A stretch of DNA of 64,000 nucleotides from a virus. Under the pieces are notes generated by a model. The model was given only the letters and a program-made list of their open reading frames with translations, searched no databases and was not told the DNA's origin. The position numbers and the translations under genes are program-made. How positions within the stretch are numbered: position 1 is the first letter of the stretch; each line of letters opens with the position of its first letter. Of the stretch, positions 26,214 through 36,266 are shown one piece after another. The stretch covers positions 1 to 64,000 of the IMG/VR virus record IMGVR_UViG_3300037457_000038; one strand, written 5' to 3'.

Positions 26214-29200
26214 ATGACGTCGTGGCCGCTGGTCCGGACCGGTGAGATCCTCGTAGACGGGGCGTGGCAGCCGGTGACGATGCGGGAGGACCCGGTCGTC
26301 ACCGTGGCCCGCGGTATCACCTCCGAGGGCAGCCGCGCCAAGCCGGGCAAGTGCGCCGTGACGCTGGACAACCGCGACGGCCGCTACTCTCCCCGCAATC
26401 CGAACTCCCCGCTGTTCGGGAAGATCGGCAGGAACACGGAGTTCCGGCTGCGTGTGGGAGACCTGCCCGACACCCCCGATCCCGACTTCACCGACACGTT
26501 CGACCGCACCGAAACCGACGGCTGGGGTACCTCGGACAGTGCGCATGACTGGGTGATCTACGACCCGTTCGGCGACTCCCCACCCGCGTCCGACTACTCG
26601 GTCGACGACGGAACCGGCCGTATGACCATCGACTCGACGGGTACCTCACGGCTGATCCGCGCCGCTGGCGTCACGGTCACCGATTTCGACGCCACCTACA
26701 GCGTCATGACTGAATCGGCCGCGGAGGGTGATAACACCAGGTCAGCCGTCTTCGCCGTCCTGATCGCGCGGATTGATACCGACACCGACAGTTGGTACGG
26801 CTTCAACGTGGGCTTCCGCACCGACAGCGGCCTGCCGGACGGCCAGGGACGCCGGGTCGCGGTCAGCATCGGCCGATACGACGACGCCGAGACGGCATTC
26901 AGTTCTGGAACACCTGCGCAGTCTGTGCCCGGCCTGGTCTACGAGCCGGATGTGACGCTACGGGTGCGTGTCCAGGGGGCAGGCCCAGAGCTGCGGATGC
27001 GGGTGTGGGCCGAAGACGACCGCGAGCCGGACGTCTGGCACTCCCAGTTCTACGACGAGACCTACACCTCGGGCGGTATCGGCTTCTGGAGTGTGCTCAG
27101 CGTCAGCGGTGCGGACAGCACGACTGTGCCCTTCGACGTGCACTACGGCGACGTGGAGGTCGCCGGGCTCGCCGAGGACACCGGCGTGATCCGGATGCGC
27201 GGGGAGATCCCCGCGTGGCCGGTGCGGCGCATAGACGAGTCCGGGGGCGACGTCGTCACGGACATCAAGCCGGCCGGGATCCTGCGGCGTCTGGGTATCG
27301 GCCAGCGGCCGGTTCACTCCACGCTGCGCCGCCATGTGCCGCTGGTGCGGCCTTTGGCGTACTGGCCGATGGAGGAGGGCCGCCAGGGCGAGGACCAGGT
27401 CGCGGATGCGAGCGTCGGTGAGAACGCGGGGCCGATGCGGATCTCCGGCTTCGACTTCGCCAAGGACAGTGATCTGATCGGCTCCGATCCGCTGCCGAAG
27501 CTCATCGGCGGGGACCAAAACGTCGACTTCATGTACAGCGGGCAGATCCCCGGCGAGGAGACCGGGTCGTGGTCGATCGAGATGCTCTTCCGCATCTCGG
27601 AGCAGGACTTCCCCGACGGGTCGGATGAGAAGACGATGCTCGCGTTCTACACGCAGGGCTCCGGCGCCCAGCGGTACATCGTCTCCCTGTTCACGTCGTC
27701 GGGGAATCCGACGATGAAGGTGACCGTGCGCGACGCCGACGGGACGGAGCTGGACTCGGCGACGGCCAGCCACAACGGCGCCATCGCGGGCGGCGGTCCG
27801 CCACTGCTGGAGGAGTGGCGGACCTTTCGGATACGCGCGACCGAAGACGGATCTGATCTGGACTGGCGGTTCGACTGGTTCACCATCGACGCGTCCGCCA
27901 ACTGGGGCAACGGCGGCACGATCTCCTCCACCAGCGCCGGACGCGTGTCCCAGATCACCACCACCTTCGGGTCCGAAGCCGCGGAAGACAACTCCCTGAA
28001 GGGCCTGGCGCTCGGCCATCTGTCCGTGTGGGGTGTGCAGTTCCACACCGGGTTCCAGGACGGAAACTTCACCTCGGCGAACGGCCTGCGCGGGCAGATC
28101 ACCCGCGCGTTCCTGCGCCGTCTGCACATCGATGAGAACATCCCGCTGGAGATCAACGGCCCGGCCGCCACCAGCCTGGGACCGTACCCGCCGGGCACCT
28201 TCCTGGACACCGTCCACAAAGCCGCCACGACCCAGATGGGCATCTTCAGCGAGAAGCGCAGCGAGCCGGTGCTGCAGTACACCGCCCGTGAGGAGCTGTA
28301 CAACCAGACCCCCGCGCTGACCCTCGTGTACCGCAACGGGGAGGTGTTCGCGCCGTTCGATCCGACCGACGACGACAAGGACGTCCGCAACCGCATCGAG
28401 GTCAAGCGGCGTGAGGGCTCCCGGGTGGTGCGGGAACTGGAAGCAGGGCCGCTGTCGGTACGCACACCGCCGGACGGTATCGGCCCGGCTGAGACCAGCA
28501 TCGAGACCATCGTCAACAGCGATGCGCAGCTGCCCGACCAGGCGGGGTGGCGGCTGCACCTGGGCACCGTCGACGGGGTGCGGGTACCCAAGCTCAAGCT
28601 GAAGATGGCCAACGCCCGCCTTAGGCCGCTTGTCGACGACGTGCTGAAGATCGATGTGGGCAGCCGCATCAAGGTCACGGGCACGCCCTCCCAGTACGGG
28701 CCGGATGGTTTCGATCTGCGCGTCATCGGCTACACCGAGACCTTCGCCACCGGAGTATGGGACATCACGTTCACCTGCGTCGACGCGTCAGGCTGGACCG
28801 TGGCCACCGTCGCTGAGGCCGACGGTTTCGAGGACGAAGACGGCTTCACCATCACCGATGGTGGTGACGAAGCCTGGTTCCGCACCGAGGACGAGGCTCA
28901 CTTCGGATCGTGGTCGCTCCAGTCCGGGGCGATCACCGGCAACCAGACAAGCGACGCCATCGTGGCCGTGCCAGACGGCGCTCAGACGCTGACGTTCTGG
29001 TACAAGGTCAGCTCGGAGGAGGCGGGGGAGGGTTTCGAGGGCGACCGGCTGACGGTCCATGTAGACGACAGCGAAGTGCTGCGGGATCAAGGCGAGGTGG
29101 ACTGGACTCAGAGCATCCTCGACGTCACCGGCGCTGAGACGGTGACCTTCAGGTACAGCAAGGACACCAGTACTGACACCGGAGACGACGCGGCATGGAT

Positions 29201-30182
29201 CGACGGCGTGGTGTTCACGCCGGCCGATGACCATCCTCAGCACGCGGACACCGACCACTCCGAGCTGGCGGCCGGCATCACCGCCACGGCGGCGGAGGCT
29301 TTGGTCCACACCCCCGGCGGTTACCTGGGCGCCGCAGGGTTCATCGTCGCTGACGATTCGCTGCCCGCTACGGGCTGGGTCACCACCGGCGGCCTGAACA
29401 TCACGGACGAAGACGACCTCCCCGTTGATGTGCGTGTGGGCGGGGAGACGTGGACCGTCACCGCCATTGAGGACCTGGCGTGGGACACCTTCGACCGCAC
29501 GGCGGAGACTGACACCTGGGGCACCGCCGACTCCGGCCACACCTGGACACAGACCGGCGGGGCCGCTTCAGACAGGTCCACCGACGGCTCCGAAGGCATC
29601 ATCACCCTGCAGGCCAGCCCGGCTACACCCAGGCTCCAACGGCTTGGTGAGACCATCACCGACTGTGAAATACGGGTGCGGGTCAGTGTGGACCAGACCG
29701 CCAGCACAGCCTCTTTGCTGCCCGCCGTGCTGATGCGGCATGACGGCAGCAACTTCTACCGGCTCCGCATGCACTTCACCACGGGCGGAAACACCTTCTT
29801 CTCGGTCGCCCGCAACAGCACCATGATCGGCAGCAACGTCCAGCTCCCATGGACATATGCACCTGATGACCAGTTCGAGATCAGGATGCGCATCAAAGGC
29901 CAGCAGATCAAAGGACGGGCCTGGCCGGTAGGCGGCGTGGAGCCGGCCAACTGGCAGATCGACCGCACCGTCACCACCGACCCCATCACTGCCGGTGACA
30001 TCGGCCTGGCCGGGAGCGCTTTCGACGGCAATGACAACGTCAATCCGGAACTGCATTTCGACAACTTCCAGGTGGTCACCCCACAGCGGTGGACCGTGGC
30101 CCGCTCCGTCAACGGCATCGTCAAAACGCACGCGGCAGGTGCCGACGTGCGGCTGGCCCCGCCCCCGATCCCAGCCCTGTAA
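26214..30182 (+). CDS. Large minor tail/receptor-binding protein (1322 aa)
   Basis: TLDNRDGRYSP.NP.SP, PLAYWPMEE, carbohydrate-binding-like modules. Confidence 0.85.
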   Translation: MTSWPLVRTGEILVDGAWQPVTMREDPVVTVARGITSEGSRAKPGKCAVTLDNRDGRYSPRNPNSPLFGKIGRNTEFRLRVGDLPDTPDPDFTDTFDRTETDGWGTSDSAHDWVIYDPFGDSPPASDYSVDDGTGRMTIDSTGTSRLIRAAGVTVTDFDATYSVMTESAAEGDNTRSAVFAVLIARIDTDTDSWYGFNVGFRTDSGLPDGQGRRVAVSIGRYDDAETAFSSGTPAQSVPGLVYEPDVTLRVRVQGAGPELRMRVWAEDDREPDVWHSQFYDETYTSGGIGFWSVLSVSGADSTTVPFDVHYGDVEVAGLAEDTGVIRMRGEIPAWPVRRIDESGGDVVTDIKPAGILRRLGIGQRPVHSTLRRHVPLVRPLAYWPMEEGRQGEDQVADASVGENAGPMRISGFDFAKDSDLIGSDPLPKLIGGDQNVDFMYSGQIPGEETGSWSIEMLFRISEQDFPDGSDEKTMLAFYTQGSGAQRYIVSLFTSSGNPTMKVTVRDADGTELDSATASHNGAIAGGGPPLLEEWRTFRIRATEDGSDLDWRFDWFTIDASANWGNGGTISSTSAGRVSQITTTFGSEAAEDNSLKGLALGHLSVWGVQFHTGFQDGNFTSANGLRGQITRAFLRRLHIDENIPLEINGPAATSLGPYPPGTFLDTVHKAATTQMGIFSEKRSEPVLQYTAREELYNQTPALTLVYRNGEVFAPFDPTDDDKDVRNRIEVKRREGSRVVRELEAGPLSVRTPPDGIGPAETSIETIVNSDAQLPDQAGWRLHLGTVDGVRVPKLKLKMANARLRPLVDDVLKIDVGSRIKVTGTPSQYGPDGFDLRVIGYTETFATGVWDITFTCVDASGWTVATVAEADGFEDEDGFTITDGGDEAWFRTEDEAHFGSWSLQSGAITGNQTSDAIVAVPDGAQTLTFWYKVSSEEAGEGFEGDRLTVHVDDSEVLRDQGEVDWTQSILDVTGAETVTFRYSKDTSTDTGDDAAWIDGVVFTPADDHPQHADTDHSELAAGITATAAEALVHTPGGYLGAAGFIVADDSLPATGWVTTGGLNITDEDDLPVDVRVGGETWTVTAIEDLAWDTFDRTAETDTWGTADSGHTWTQTGGAASDRSTDGSEGIITLQASPATPRLQRLGETITDCEIRVRVSVDQTASTASLLPAVLMRHDGSNFYRLRMHFTTGGNTFFSVARNSTMIGSNVQLPWTYAPDDQFEIRMRIKGQQIKGRAWPVGGVEPANWQIDRTVTTDPITAGDIGLAGSAFDGNDNVNPELHFDNFQVVTPQRWTVARSVNGIVKTHAAGADVRLAPPPIPAL

Positions 30183-30196
30183 GGAGGCACCCCACC

Positions 30197-30538
30197 ATGC
30201 CGTTTCCGTGGCAGCCCGGTCACCGCATCACCGCAGGACGCCTGAAAGCCGGGATCCTCGCAGGGAGCGTGACGCTGGATTTCTCGGACCCTTCAGCGAC
30301 CATCACGGCCGGGAGCAGCGGGTATGACGAGACGTATTTCCGCGCAACAGAATCCGTCGTTTTCCCGTCGGGGTTCTTCAGCAGCGTGCCGTTCATCGTC
30401 GTGACCAGCCGCACCACCGTGCCCGGTGTGCTGCTTGAGGTCGGCTATGCCAGCCCGACCGTGGACGGCTTCGACGTCGTAGGGGCCCGGTTCACCTCGA
30501 CCGCCACGGTCGTCGACTGGATCGCCATCGAAATGTAG
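30197..30538 (+). CDS. Minor tail protein (H-type lectin-like)
   Basis: WQPG.RITA.RL; V.FP..F...P.IVV; WIAI end. Confidence 0.7.
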   Translation: MPFPWQPGHRITAGRLKAGILAGSVTLDFSDPSATITAGSSGYDETYFRATESVVFPSGFFSSVPFIVVTSRTTVPGVLLEVGYASPTVDGFDVVGARFTSTATVVDWIAIEM

Positions 30539-30562
30539 ACCCCCTACCCATCCGAGGAACCC

Positions 30563-31015
30563 ATGGCCACGCAGTGCAAACTCCTTACCAACCAGGCACA
30601 AACCATTCAGCCGGGCACGTGGACCACGATCCGTTTCGATCAGGTTCTGGGTGACAACGGCGGCATGTACCAGGGCACCGGCTCGGTATCTGATCCGGAG
30701 TCGGCGCTGATCATGCCGCCTCAGGACGGCTACTTCCTGTGGTCCCGGTTCGTGCACTGGGACAGCATCACCATCCCGTCCGGGGACGACCGGGAGCGGC
30801 AGTTCCTGGAGCAGTTCTGCCGTGATCCGGACACGAGCCCGGACACGACCGCCACCACCGACGCCGACCACACCGCGGGCAAGCAGTTCCATCTGGCGAC
30901 GTGGCCGTTCTACGGCCGCGACAACCAGCCTGTGGCGGTCCGGGTGTGGCACGACCACGATCAGCCGGTGGACATCGTGCACGCGCAGTTCGTCGCCACC
31001 ACCTGGGACTACTAA
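30563..31015 (+). CDS. Minor tail/virion protein
   Basis: QTI..GTWT.I.FD, beta-rich. Confidence 0.65.
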   Translation: MATQCKLLTNQAQTIQPGTWTTIRFDQVLGDNGGMYQGTGSVSDPESALIMPPQDGYFLWSRFVHWDSITIPSGDDRERQFLEQFCRDPDTSPDTTATTDADHTAGKQFHLATWPFYGRDNQPVAVRVWHDHDQPVDIVHAQFVATTWDY

Positions 31016-31026
31016 AGGAGGCTGTG

Positions 31027-32016
31027 ATGGCTGCACCGCTGTCTGCTGATCGGATCGTGGCCGCGCTGCGCGACGAGGGGCTGACCGTCGTTGAGGTCGA
31101 CGGCTGGCGTACCCACAACCGCAACTCTGTGGGTGCGTGGGGTCCGGTGCACGGGACGATGGTCCATCACACCGTGACGTCCGGCTCGAAGCGGACCGTG
31201 GAGATCGTCCGGGACGGCTACCGGGAGCTGCCGGGGCCGCTGTCCCTGGCGGTGATTGCCAAGGACGGAACGGTGTATCTGGTCGGCTACGGGCGGGCGA
31301 ATCATGCCGGGAGCGGGGACAACCGGGTGCTCCAGGCCGTCATGGCCGAGGACCCTTTGCCCGCTCCCGTGCGCAGGGACACCGATGGCAACGCACGCTT
31401 CTACGGCTTCGAATGCGAGAACCTCGGCGACGGCAAAGACCCCTGGCCCGACGTCCAGGTCGATGCGATCGTCCGAGCGTCGGCGGCGCTGGAGCGCGCC
31501 CACGGCTGGGGCACCGGCCCGGACAGCGCGCACACCTCCACCATCGGCCACAAGGAGTGGACCGACCAGAAGATCGACCCGTACGGGCCGATCGGCACCA
31601 CCGGCGGGCCGGCGCTGACCATGCCGCTCATCCGCGCCCGGGTCGCCGAGCGACTCACCCACCCGGCCAACTGGACCCCGAAGGAGAGCCCCATGACTAT
31701 CAGTGACGCTGACGCGAAGAAGATCGCGAAGGCGGTGCTCACCCTGGACGGGGAGATCGCTGCTCCGTGGGGCACTGCGACGAATCAGGAGTGGCAGCTC
31801 AACTCCTGCGTCACGCACCTGATGAAGGCGGTGCTGCGCACGGAGAAGGCTGTGCAGGAGTTGTCGGCGCTGGGTGCTGCCCGTGATGTGGTCCTCGCCC
31901 ACCTCGTGGAGGGCGGCGGCCTGGACGCGGCCGAGGTCGAGCGGGCCGCGCAAGCGGGCGCGACAGCGGCGTTGGACCGGCTGGCGATCGCGCTGGCCAC
32001 AGAAGAGGAAGGCTGA
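31027..32016 (+). CDS. Endolysin, N-acetylmuramoyl-L-alanine amidase
   Basis: HHT, GRANHAG, GFECEN, IGHKEW...KIDP. Confidence 0.92.
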   Translation: MAAPLSADRIVAALRDEGLTVVEVDGWRTHNRNSVGAWGPVHGTMVHHTVTSGSKRTVEIVRDGYRELPGPLSLAVIAKDGTVYLVGYGRANHAGSGDNRVLQAVMAEDPLPAPVRRDTDGNARFYGFECENLGDGKDPWPDVQVDAIVRASAALERAHGWGTGPDSAHTSTIGHKEWTDQKIDPYGPIGTTGGPALTMPLIRARVAERLTHPANWTPKESPMTISDADAKKIAKAVLTLDGEIAAPWGTATNQEWQLNSCVTHLMKAVLRTEKAVQELSALGAARDVVLAHLVEGGGLDAAEVERAAQAGATAALDRLAIALATEEEG

Positions 32017-32021
32017 ACACC

Positions 32022-32255
32022 ATGACCACAGGCGCTTTCTGGAAGGCCACTACGGAGCGGGCGGTACGGACCGCCGCGCAAACACTCGTGGCCGTACTCG
32101 GCCTCGACACCACAGGCGTCCTCGACGTCGACTGGAGCGGCGGCCTGGCGCTCGCCGGATCGGCGGCACTCCTTGCGGTACTCACCGCGCTGGCATCCTC
32201 GGGCGCGGGCGCGGAGGGCCCGGGGCTGACGGAGACAGTACGGAGAGACGTGTGA
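32022..32255 (+). CDS. Holin (r1t-like)
   Basis: FWKAT.ERAVRT.AQ...VDW. Confidence 0.88.
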   Translation: MTTGAFWKATTERAVRTAAQTLVAVLGLDTTGVLDVDWSGGLALAGSAALLAVLTALASSGAGAEGPGLTETVRRDV

Positions 32256-32596
32256 CCACCGCAGATACCACCGGGGTGGCCGCAGTCGACAGTCTCGTCG
32301 TGTGGTCTGTCGCCGCGGTGGCTATCGCTGCCGGTTTGGCGTTGTTGTGGCAGATCGCGCGTGGGGTGCTGCGCGGTCTGCGGCGCCTGGATGAGATGGC
32401 GGATGACTGGTCGGGGACGCCGGCTCGTCCGGGTGTGCCTGCGAGGCTGGGTGTGTTGGAGCGGTTGGACGGGATTGACCGGCGGGTGCAGCGGATTGAG
32501 TACGAGGTGTTGCCGAATGGGTCGTCGTCGATGCGGGATGCGGTGGATCGGACGGATCGGCGGACGGCGCGGTTGACGCCGGAGGGTGAGGAGTAG
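32252..32596 (+). CDS. Membrane protein of the lysis cassette
   Basis: One TM; W.G.PARPGVP...PNGSSSMRDAVDR. Confidence 0.75.
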   Translation: MTTADTTGVAAVDSLVVWSVAAVAIAAGLALLWQIARGVLRGLRRLDEMADDWSGTPARPGVPARLGVLERLDGIDRRVQRIEYEVLPNGSSSMRDAVDRTDRRTARLTPEGEE

Positions 32597-32882
32597 GCGG
32601 CTGACCTACCAGCAGTACTAGCCGGTCTACCAGTTGATGCAGATCTAGTAGCAGCGCCCCGTTCGGCTTGGCCGGGCGGTCGCTTCGTCGTGTTGCCGGG
32701 GGCGCGCGTCTTCGTTTTCGCTCCCAAATGGGTGACGCGCGCCGGGGGTTCACCCGCATGCCTGGTGTGAGGAGTACGCTCTGTAACAACCGGATCAACG
32801 TTCGATCCGAGTGTTCCCTTAGCAGAGGTATGCCCCCGCGCGGTTCGCATCCGCCGGAGGCGTGGACCCAAGGAGAGAACCC

Positions 32883-33719
32883 TTGACTCAGTTCCAATCT
32901 AGCGCGCCCGTCCCGAGCGTCAACAGTGGGGGCAGCCCGTTCGACAAGATTCGCCGCATGGACGCCTACGGGCGCGAATACTGGCGTGCTCGGGTGCTCC
33001 AGCCGCAGATGGGCTACGGGCGGTGGCAGCACTTCGATCCCGTGATCGAGCGCGCCAAGGCGGCGGCCCGGAACGTCAGTGACGCTGCGGCGGTTTTCAC
33101 GGAAGTCCGTGAAAACCCCTCTGAGCTGGGAGGGCGTCCGGGTAAGGACTACAAGCTCACTCGGGCTGCGGCCTACTACGTGGCGCTGAACGGGGATCCG
33201 AACAAGCCCGAGGTTGCCGCGGCACAGGCGTACTTCGTGCGCCGTACACGCGAGGCTGAGCTGGGCTCCATCGCTGCGGAGGAGATCCGGAACACGGCGC
33301 TGGCGCGGGCGCGGGAGATGGTCGACTACAAGGTCTTCCGCGACATGATGCGGGACAACGCCACCGACTACGAGCCGCAGAGCAAGGCCACACGGACCTT
33401 CTTCGCCGTGATGCAGAACCGGCTCTACCAGCAGATCACCGGTATGACCGCGAAGGAGATCATGACCGCGCGGGAGCTGCACCACTGGCCTGGTCGTGAG
33501 GTCGGTAAGGACGAGCCGGGACCGAAGAGTCGGCACCGTAAGGTCGCGAAGAATTACCTGACGGTAGGGGAGCTGCACAAGTTGGACCGACTGGTGGGCC
33601 GGCTGTGTCTGAGGGCGGAAGACATCGCCGAGGACGGGATGAGCCTGACCCTGGCCCAGTGGGACGACCTGGTCGACGCTGAGCTGTCGGTGGCTACTCG
33701 CTTGCCGCTCGCCGCCTGA
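32883..33719 (+). CDS. DinD/BRO-N plus RhuM-like fusion (antirepressor-like)
   Basis: PFD.IR...EYW.AR.L...GY..W, NGDP.KPEVAAAQ.YF; FF..MQN.L...G.TA.EI, AKNYL...EL. Confidence 0.75.
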   Translation: MTQFQSSAPVPSVNSGGSPFDKIRRMDAYGREYWRARVLQPQMGYGRWQHFDPVIERAKAAARNVSDAAAVFTEVRENPSELGGRPGKDYKLTRAAAYYVALNGDPNKPEVAAAQAYFVRRTREAELGSIAAEEIRNTALARAREMVDYKVFRDMMRDNATDYEPQSKATRTFFAVMQNRLYQQITGMTAKEIMTARELHHWPGREVGKDEPGPKSRHRKVAKNYLTVGELHKLDRLVGRLCLRAEDIAEDGMSLTLAQWDDLVDAELSVATRLPLAA

Positions 33720-33732
33720 CGACTACCACCGT

Positions 33733-33774
33733 GCCCCGTCTGCTGGCCTACTGGGCCGGTAGGCGGGGCGCTTT
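33733..33774 (+). terminator. Hairpin with short T run
   Basis: GCCCCGTCTGCTGGCC...GGCCGGTAGGCGGGGC then GCTTT. Confidence 0.6.
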
Positions 33775-33895
33775 CGCGTGCCCGGACCCCGCAAAGCACG
33801 TCGGCCCCCACCGGGGGGATGGGGGCCGTACGGCTGTCGCTCCCGGGGCCGCCGGGGCTACGGTTCTGAGTGTCGAGTTCAGAACGGAGCCAAGT

Positions 33896-35137
33896 ATGCA
33901 CGACAACACCGACAGCGCAGCAGCCCTCCCCGGCGACCGACTCCGAGACGTCCGACTCAGCCGCGGATTCACACAAGAAGCCCTCGCCGACCGCGCCGGA
34001 CTCAGCCTCGGAGTAGTGAAGAAGATCGAGCGCGGCGGCAGCGCCCGCCTGGAGACTTACCACGCACTCGCCCGTGCCCTACGCGTGCGTACGTCCGCAC
34101 TCTTCGAGCCTGCCGGACCACACACGACCCGGCGCACCGATGACCACGCAATCGACCTGATGCCGCTGCGGCAGGCCGTGAGCCCACCTTTCACAACTCA
34201 CGGGCCGCTCGGCGCAGACACGGTCGACACGGAACCGGACCTGCATCACCTCTGGCGCACTGCGCGCAGGCTGGACCAGTCCTACCACCAGGACGACTAC
34301 GTGCGCGTCTCCGAGTTGCTGCCCGCCCTGGTCCGCTCTGCCAATGCAGCGGTGGCCCACTTCGACGGTGGACCCGAGCGGACCGAAGCGATGAAGCTAC
34401 GCGCGGATGTGCTCCAGCAGGCGGGCCGCTACCTCACCCAGGTCCGCGCGTACGACCTGGCGCACCTGGCATTGCGGGACGCCATGCGGGATGCTGCGGC
34501 AGCCGGTGACCGGCTCAGCAGCGCTGCGGCGGTGTACTTGCAGGGTTGGGCACTGATCCGGCAGGGGCGGTTGGATGAGGCGGAGCGGCTGGCGACGGCG
34601 ACTGCCGATGACATTGAGCCGCGGATCTCGCGGGCGTCGCGTGACGAGTTGGGCGTGTGGGGCCGGTTGCTAGTGAAGGCTTCATCTGGGGCGGCTCGCA
34701 ACAACCGGCCTCAGGAGGCGCGGGAGATTTTGCGGCTGGCGCGTACTGCGGGTGCGGCGATTGGTGGCGGTAAGGCTGGAGGCCCGTACCGCTGTGGCGA
34801 GTTCAGTGCAAGCTCAGTGGCATTTCAGGCGATCGAGAACTACATGGTGGCGGAGAAGCCGGGGATGGTGTTGGGTCTGGCGGCGCGGGTTCCGTCTGGG
34901 GCGGCGTCGACGTCGAACACGTATCACCGTCATCTGCTGGATGTGGCGCGTGCGCACACGCTGCTGCGGCAGCGTGATGAAGCGACTGGGATCCTGTGCT
35001 CGCTGCGCGATGATTCGCCGGATTGGCTGCGGCAGCAGCAGATGGCTGCGGACACCTTCCAGGATGTGTTGCGGCTCAGCAGGCGTCGGGTGACTGCGCG
35101 GCAGCGGGAGTTGGCGGCGTTCTTCGGTGTGGCGTAG
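33896..35137 (+). CDS. XRE-family HTH regulator with TPR-like helical C-terminus
   Basis: RLR..R..RGFTQEALA.RAGLS...VKKIERG; long Ala/Leu/Arg helical repeats. Confidence 0.85.
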   Translation: MHDNTDSAAALPGDRLRDVRLSRGFTQEALADRAGLSLGVVKKIERGGSARLETYHALARALRVRTSALFEPAGPHTTRRTDDHAIDLMPLRQAVSPPFTTHGPLGADTVDTEPDLHHLWRTARRLDQSYHQDDYVRVSELLPALVRSANAAVAHFDGGPERTEAMKLRADVLQQAGRYLTQVRAYDLAHLALRDAMRDAAAAGDRLSSAAAVYLQGWALIRQGRLDEAERLATATADDIEPRISRASRDELGVWGRLLVKASSGAARNNRPQEAREILRLARTAGAAIGGGKAGGPYRCGEFSASSVAFQAIENYMVAEKPGMVLGLAARVPSGAASTSNTYHRHLLDVARAHTLLRQRDEATGILCSLRDDSPDWLRQQQMAADTFQDVLRLSRRRVTARQRELAAFFGVA

Positions 35138-35271
35138 GGGTCATGTTCCGTAGCTGTTAGGGGTTGGAGGTTTCTCGAACGGCTACGTACCGTGGCTGTT
35201 ACTCCCTGTGACGTGGTCGTAGCGTCCAAGCATGGACACTACCGACGGTACGCACCACGTCACAGGGGCTG

Positions 35272-35499
35272 ATGATGGTGCTCTATAGGACTCCTGCCCA
35301 GCGTGCCCGCCGTGCCGCACTGGCCGATGCCGCGTCCGGTCATGGGCCGCCTGCGGCGTACCGCTCTACCGCATGCCGTGTCGGCACGCACGACGCGTGC
35401 ACCGAGGCGAAGCGTGTCCAGCCGTCCCGGGCGGTGGCAGGCGTGCGCTACGAGACGTGCACCTGCCCCTGCCACGAGCAGCAGGGGGCGGCACGGTGA
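35272..35499 (+). CDS. Small Cys/His protein
   Basis: STAC..GTH..C...CTCPCH. Confidence 0.65.
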   Translation: MMVLYRTPAQRARRAALADAASGHGPPAAYRSTACRVGTHDACTEAKRVQPSRAVAGVRYETCTCPCHEQQGAAR

Positions 35500-35684
35500 C
35501 GAGCCTGTACGTGCGGCGGACCGACCGCATCCACCCGCTACGGCCCCACATCGCCGACACCGAGCACATCGACGGCGACGCTACCCCCCTCGTCCGCCCC
35601 TACCTCCCCGAGCACGAACACACCGACCTGGACGACACCGTCCCCTGCTGGATCGGTGACACGTCTGCAGGGAGTGCGCCATGA
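35496..35684 (+). CDS. Small hypothetical protein (ATPLVRPYL)
   Basis: GTGA coupling with upstream gene. Confidence 0.6.
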   Translation: MTSLYVRRTDRIHPLRPHIADTEHIDGDATPLVRPYLPEHEHTDLDDTVPCWIGDTSAGSAP

Positions 35685-35935
35685 GCGAGGCATGCTTCTC
35701 CTGTGAGGAGGACATCCAGGACCCGGACCCGGACCCGGTGGGATTCCAGGTCACCGCGGAGTCCGGGCCCGAAGGGCGACCGCTGTACCGGTGCGCCGCC
35801 TGCGACCCCACGCCGAAATGGGCGCCAGTGCCGCCGACCGTCATCTCGCCGGAGCTGACCGAGGCAATCGCCTACCACCTGGGCGCCGAGGTGCTGCGCG
35901 ATTTCCTCACCGACCAGGGCAGGACCGACCGGTGA
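35681..35935 (+). CDS. Small zinc-ribbon protein
   Basis: CFSC...CAAC; ATGA coupling. Confidence 0.65.
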   Translation: MSEACFSCEEDIQDPDPDPVGFQVTAESGPEGRPLYRCAACDPTPKWAPVPPTVISPELTEAIAYHLGAEVLRDFLTDQGRTDR

Positions 35936-36105
35936 CCGCGCAGACGCAGCTGGCGGCGCACTGCCGCCTCGCCACCGAAATGCCGGAGTACGCGGACGAG
36001 CATCAACAGTGCCGGGGCACCACGACCGTGACCGTCGGCGGCGGGACATTCACCGCGCAGCGCTGCGACTGCACCTGCCACACACAGGCAGGAGGCGACC
36101 GGTGA
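35932..36105 (+). CDS. Small Cys/His protein
   Basis: HC...H..C...CDCTCH; GTGA coupling. Confidence 0.6.
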   Translation: MTAQTQLAAHCRLATEMPEYADEHQQCRGTTTVTVGGGTFTAQRCDCTCHTQAGGDR

Positions 36106-36182
36106 GGCAGTGGATTGCCGTCGCCCTGATCTGGGCCGCGACTGCGGCGGTACTGCTGTGGGCGCTGCTGCCCACCTTATAG
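36102..36182 (+). CDS. 26-aa hydrophobic peptide whose last sense codon is TTA
   Basis: RBS AGGAGG, GTGA coupling; MRQWIAVALIWAATAAVLLWALLPTL. Confidence 0.5.
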   Translation: MRQWIAVALIWAATAAVLLWALLPTL

Positions 36183-36266
36183 ACGCCCGCTCCGGGGCAG
36201 GTCCGCATCGCGCGTCCCCCGATACCGGCCCCGGCCGCCAGCGTCCCCCGCGCGGCGGCCGGGGCC

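Noticed and set aside
26214-31015. Diversity-generating retroelement or invertible tail cassette
   Set aside because: No reverse transcriptase or invertase; internal repeats are old protein-level duplications, not TR/VR pairs
32790-32805. LexA SOS box upstream of the DinD-like gene (also 38173-38188)
   Set aside because: Only one good GTTCGA half-site; 2-3 mismatches in the other half, too weak to call
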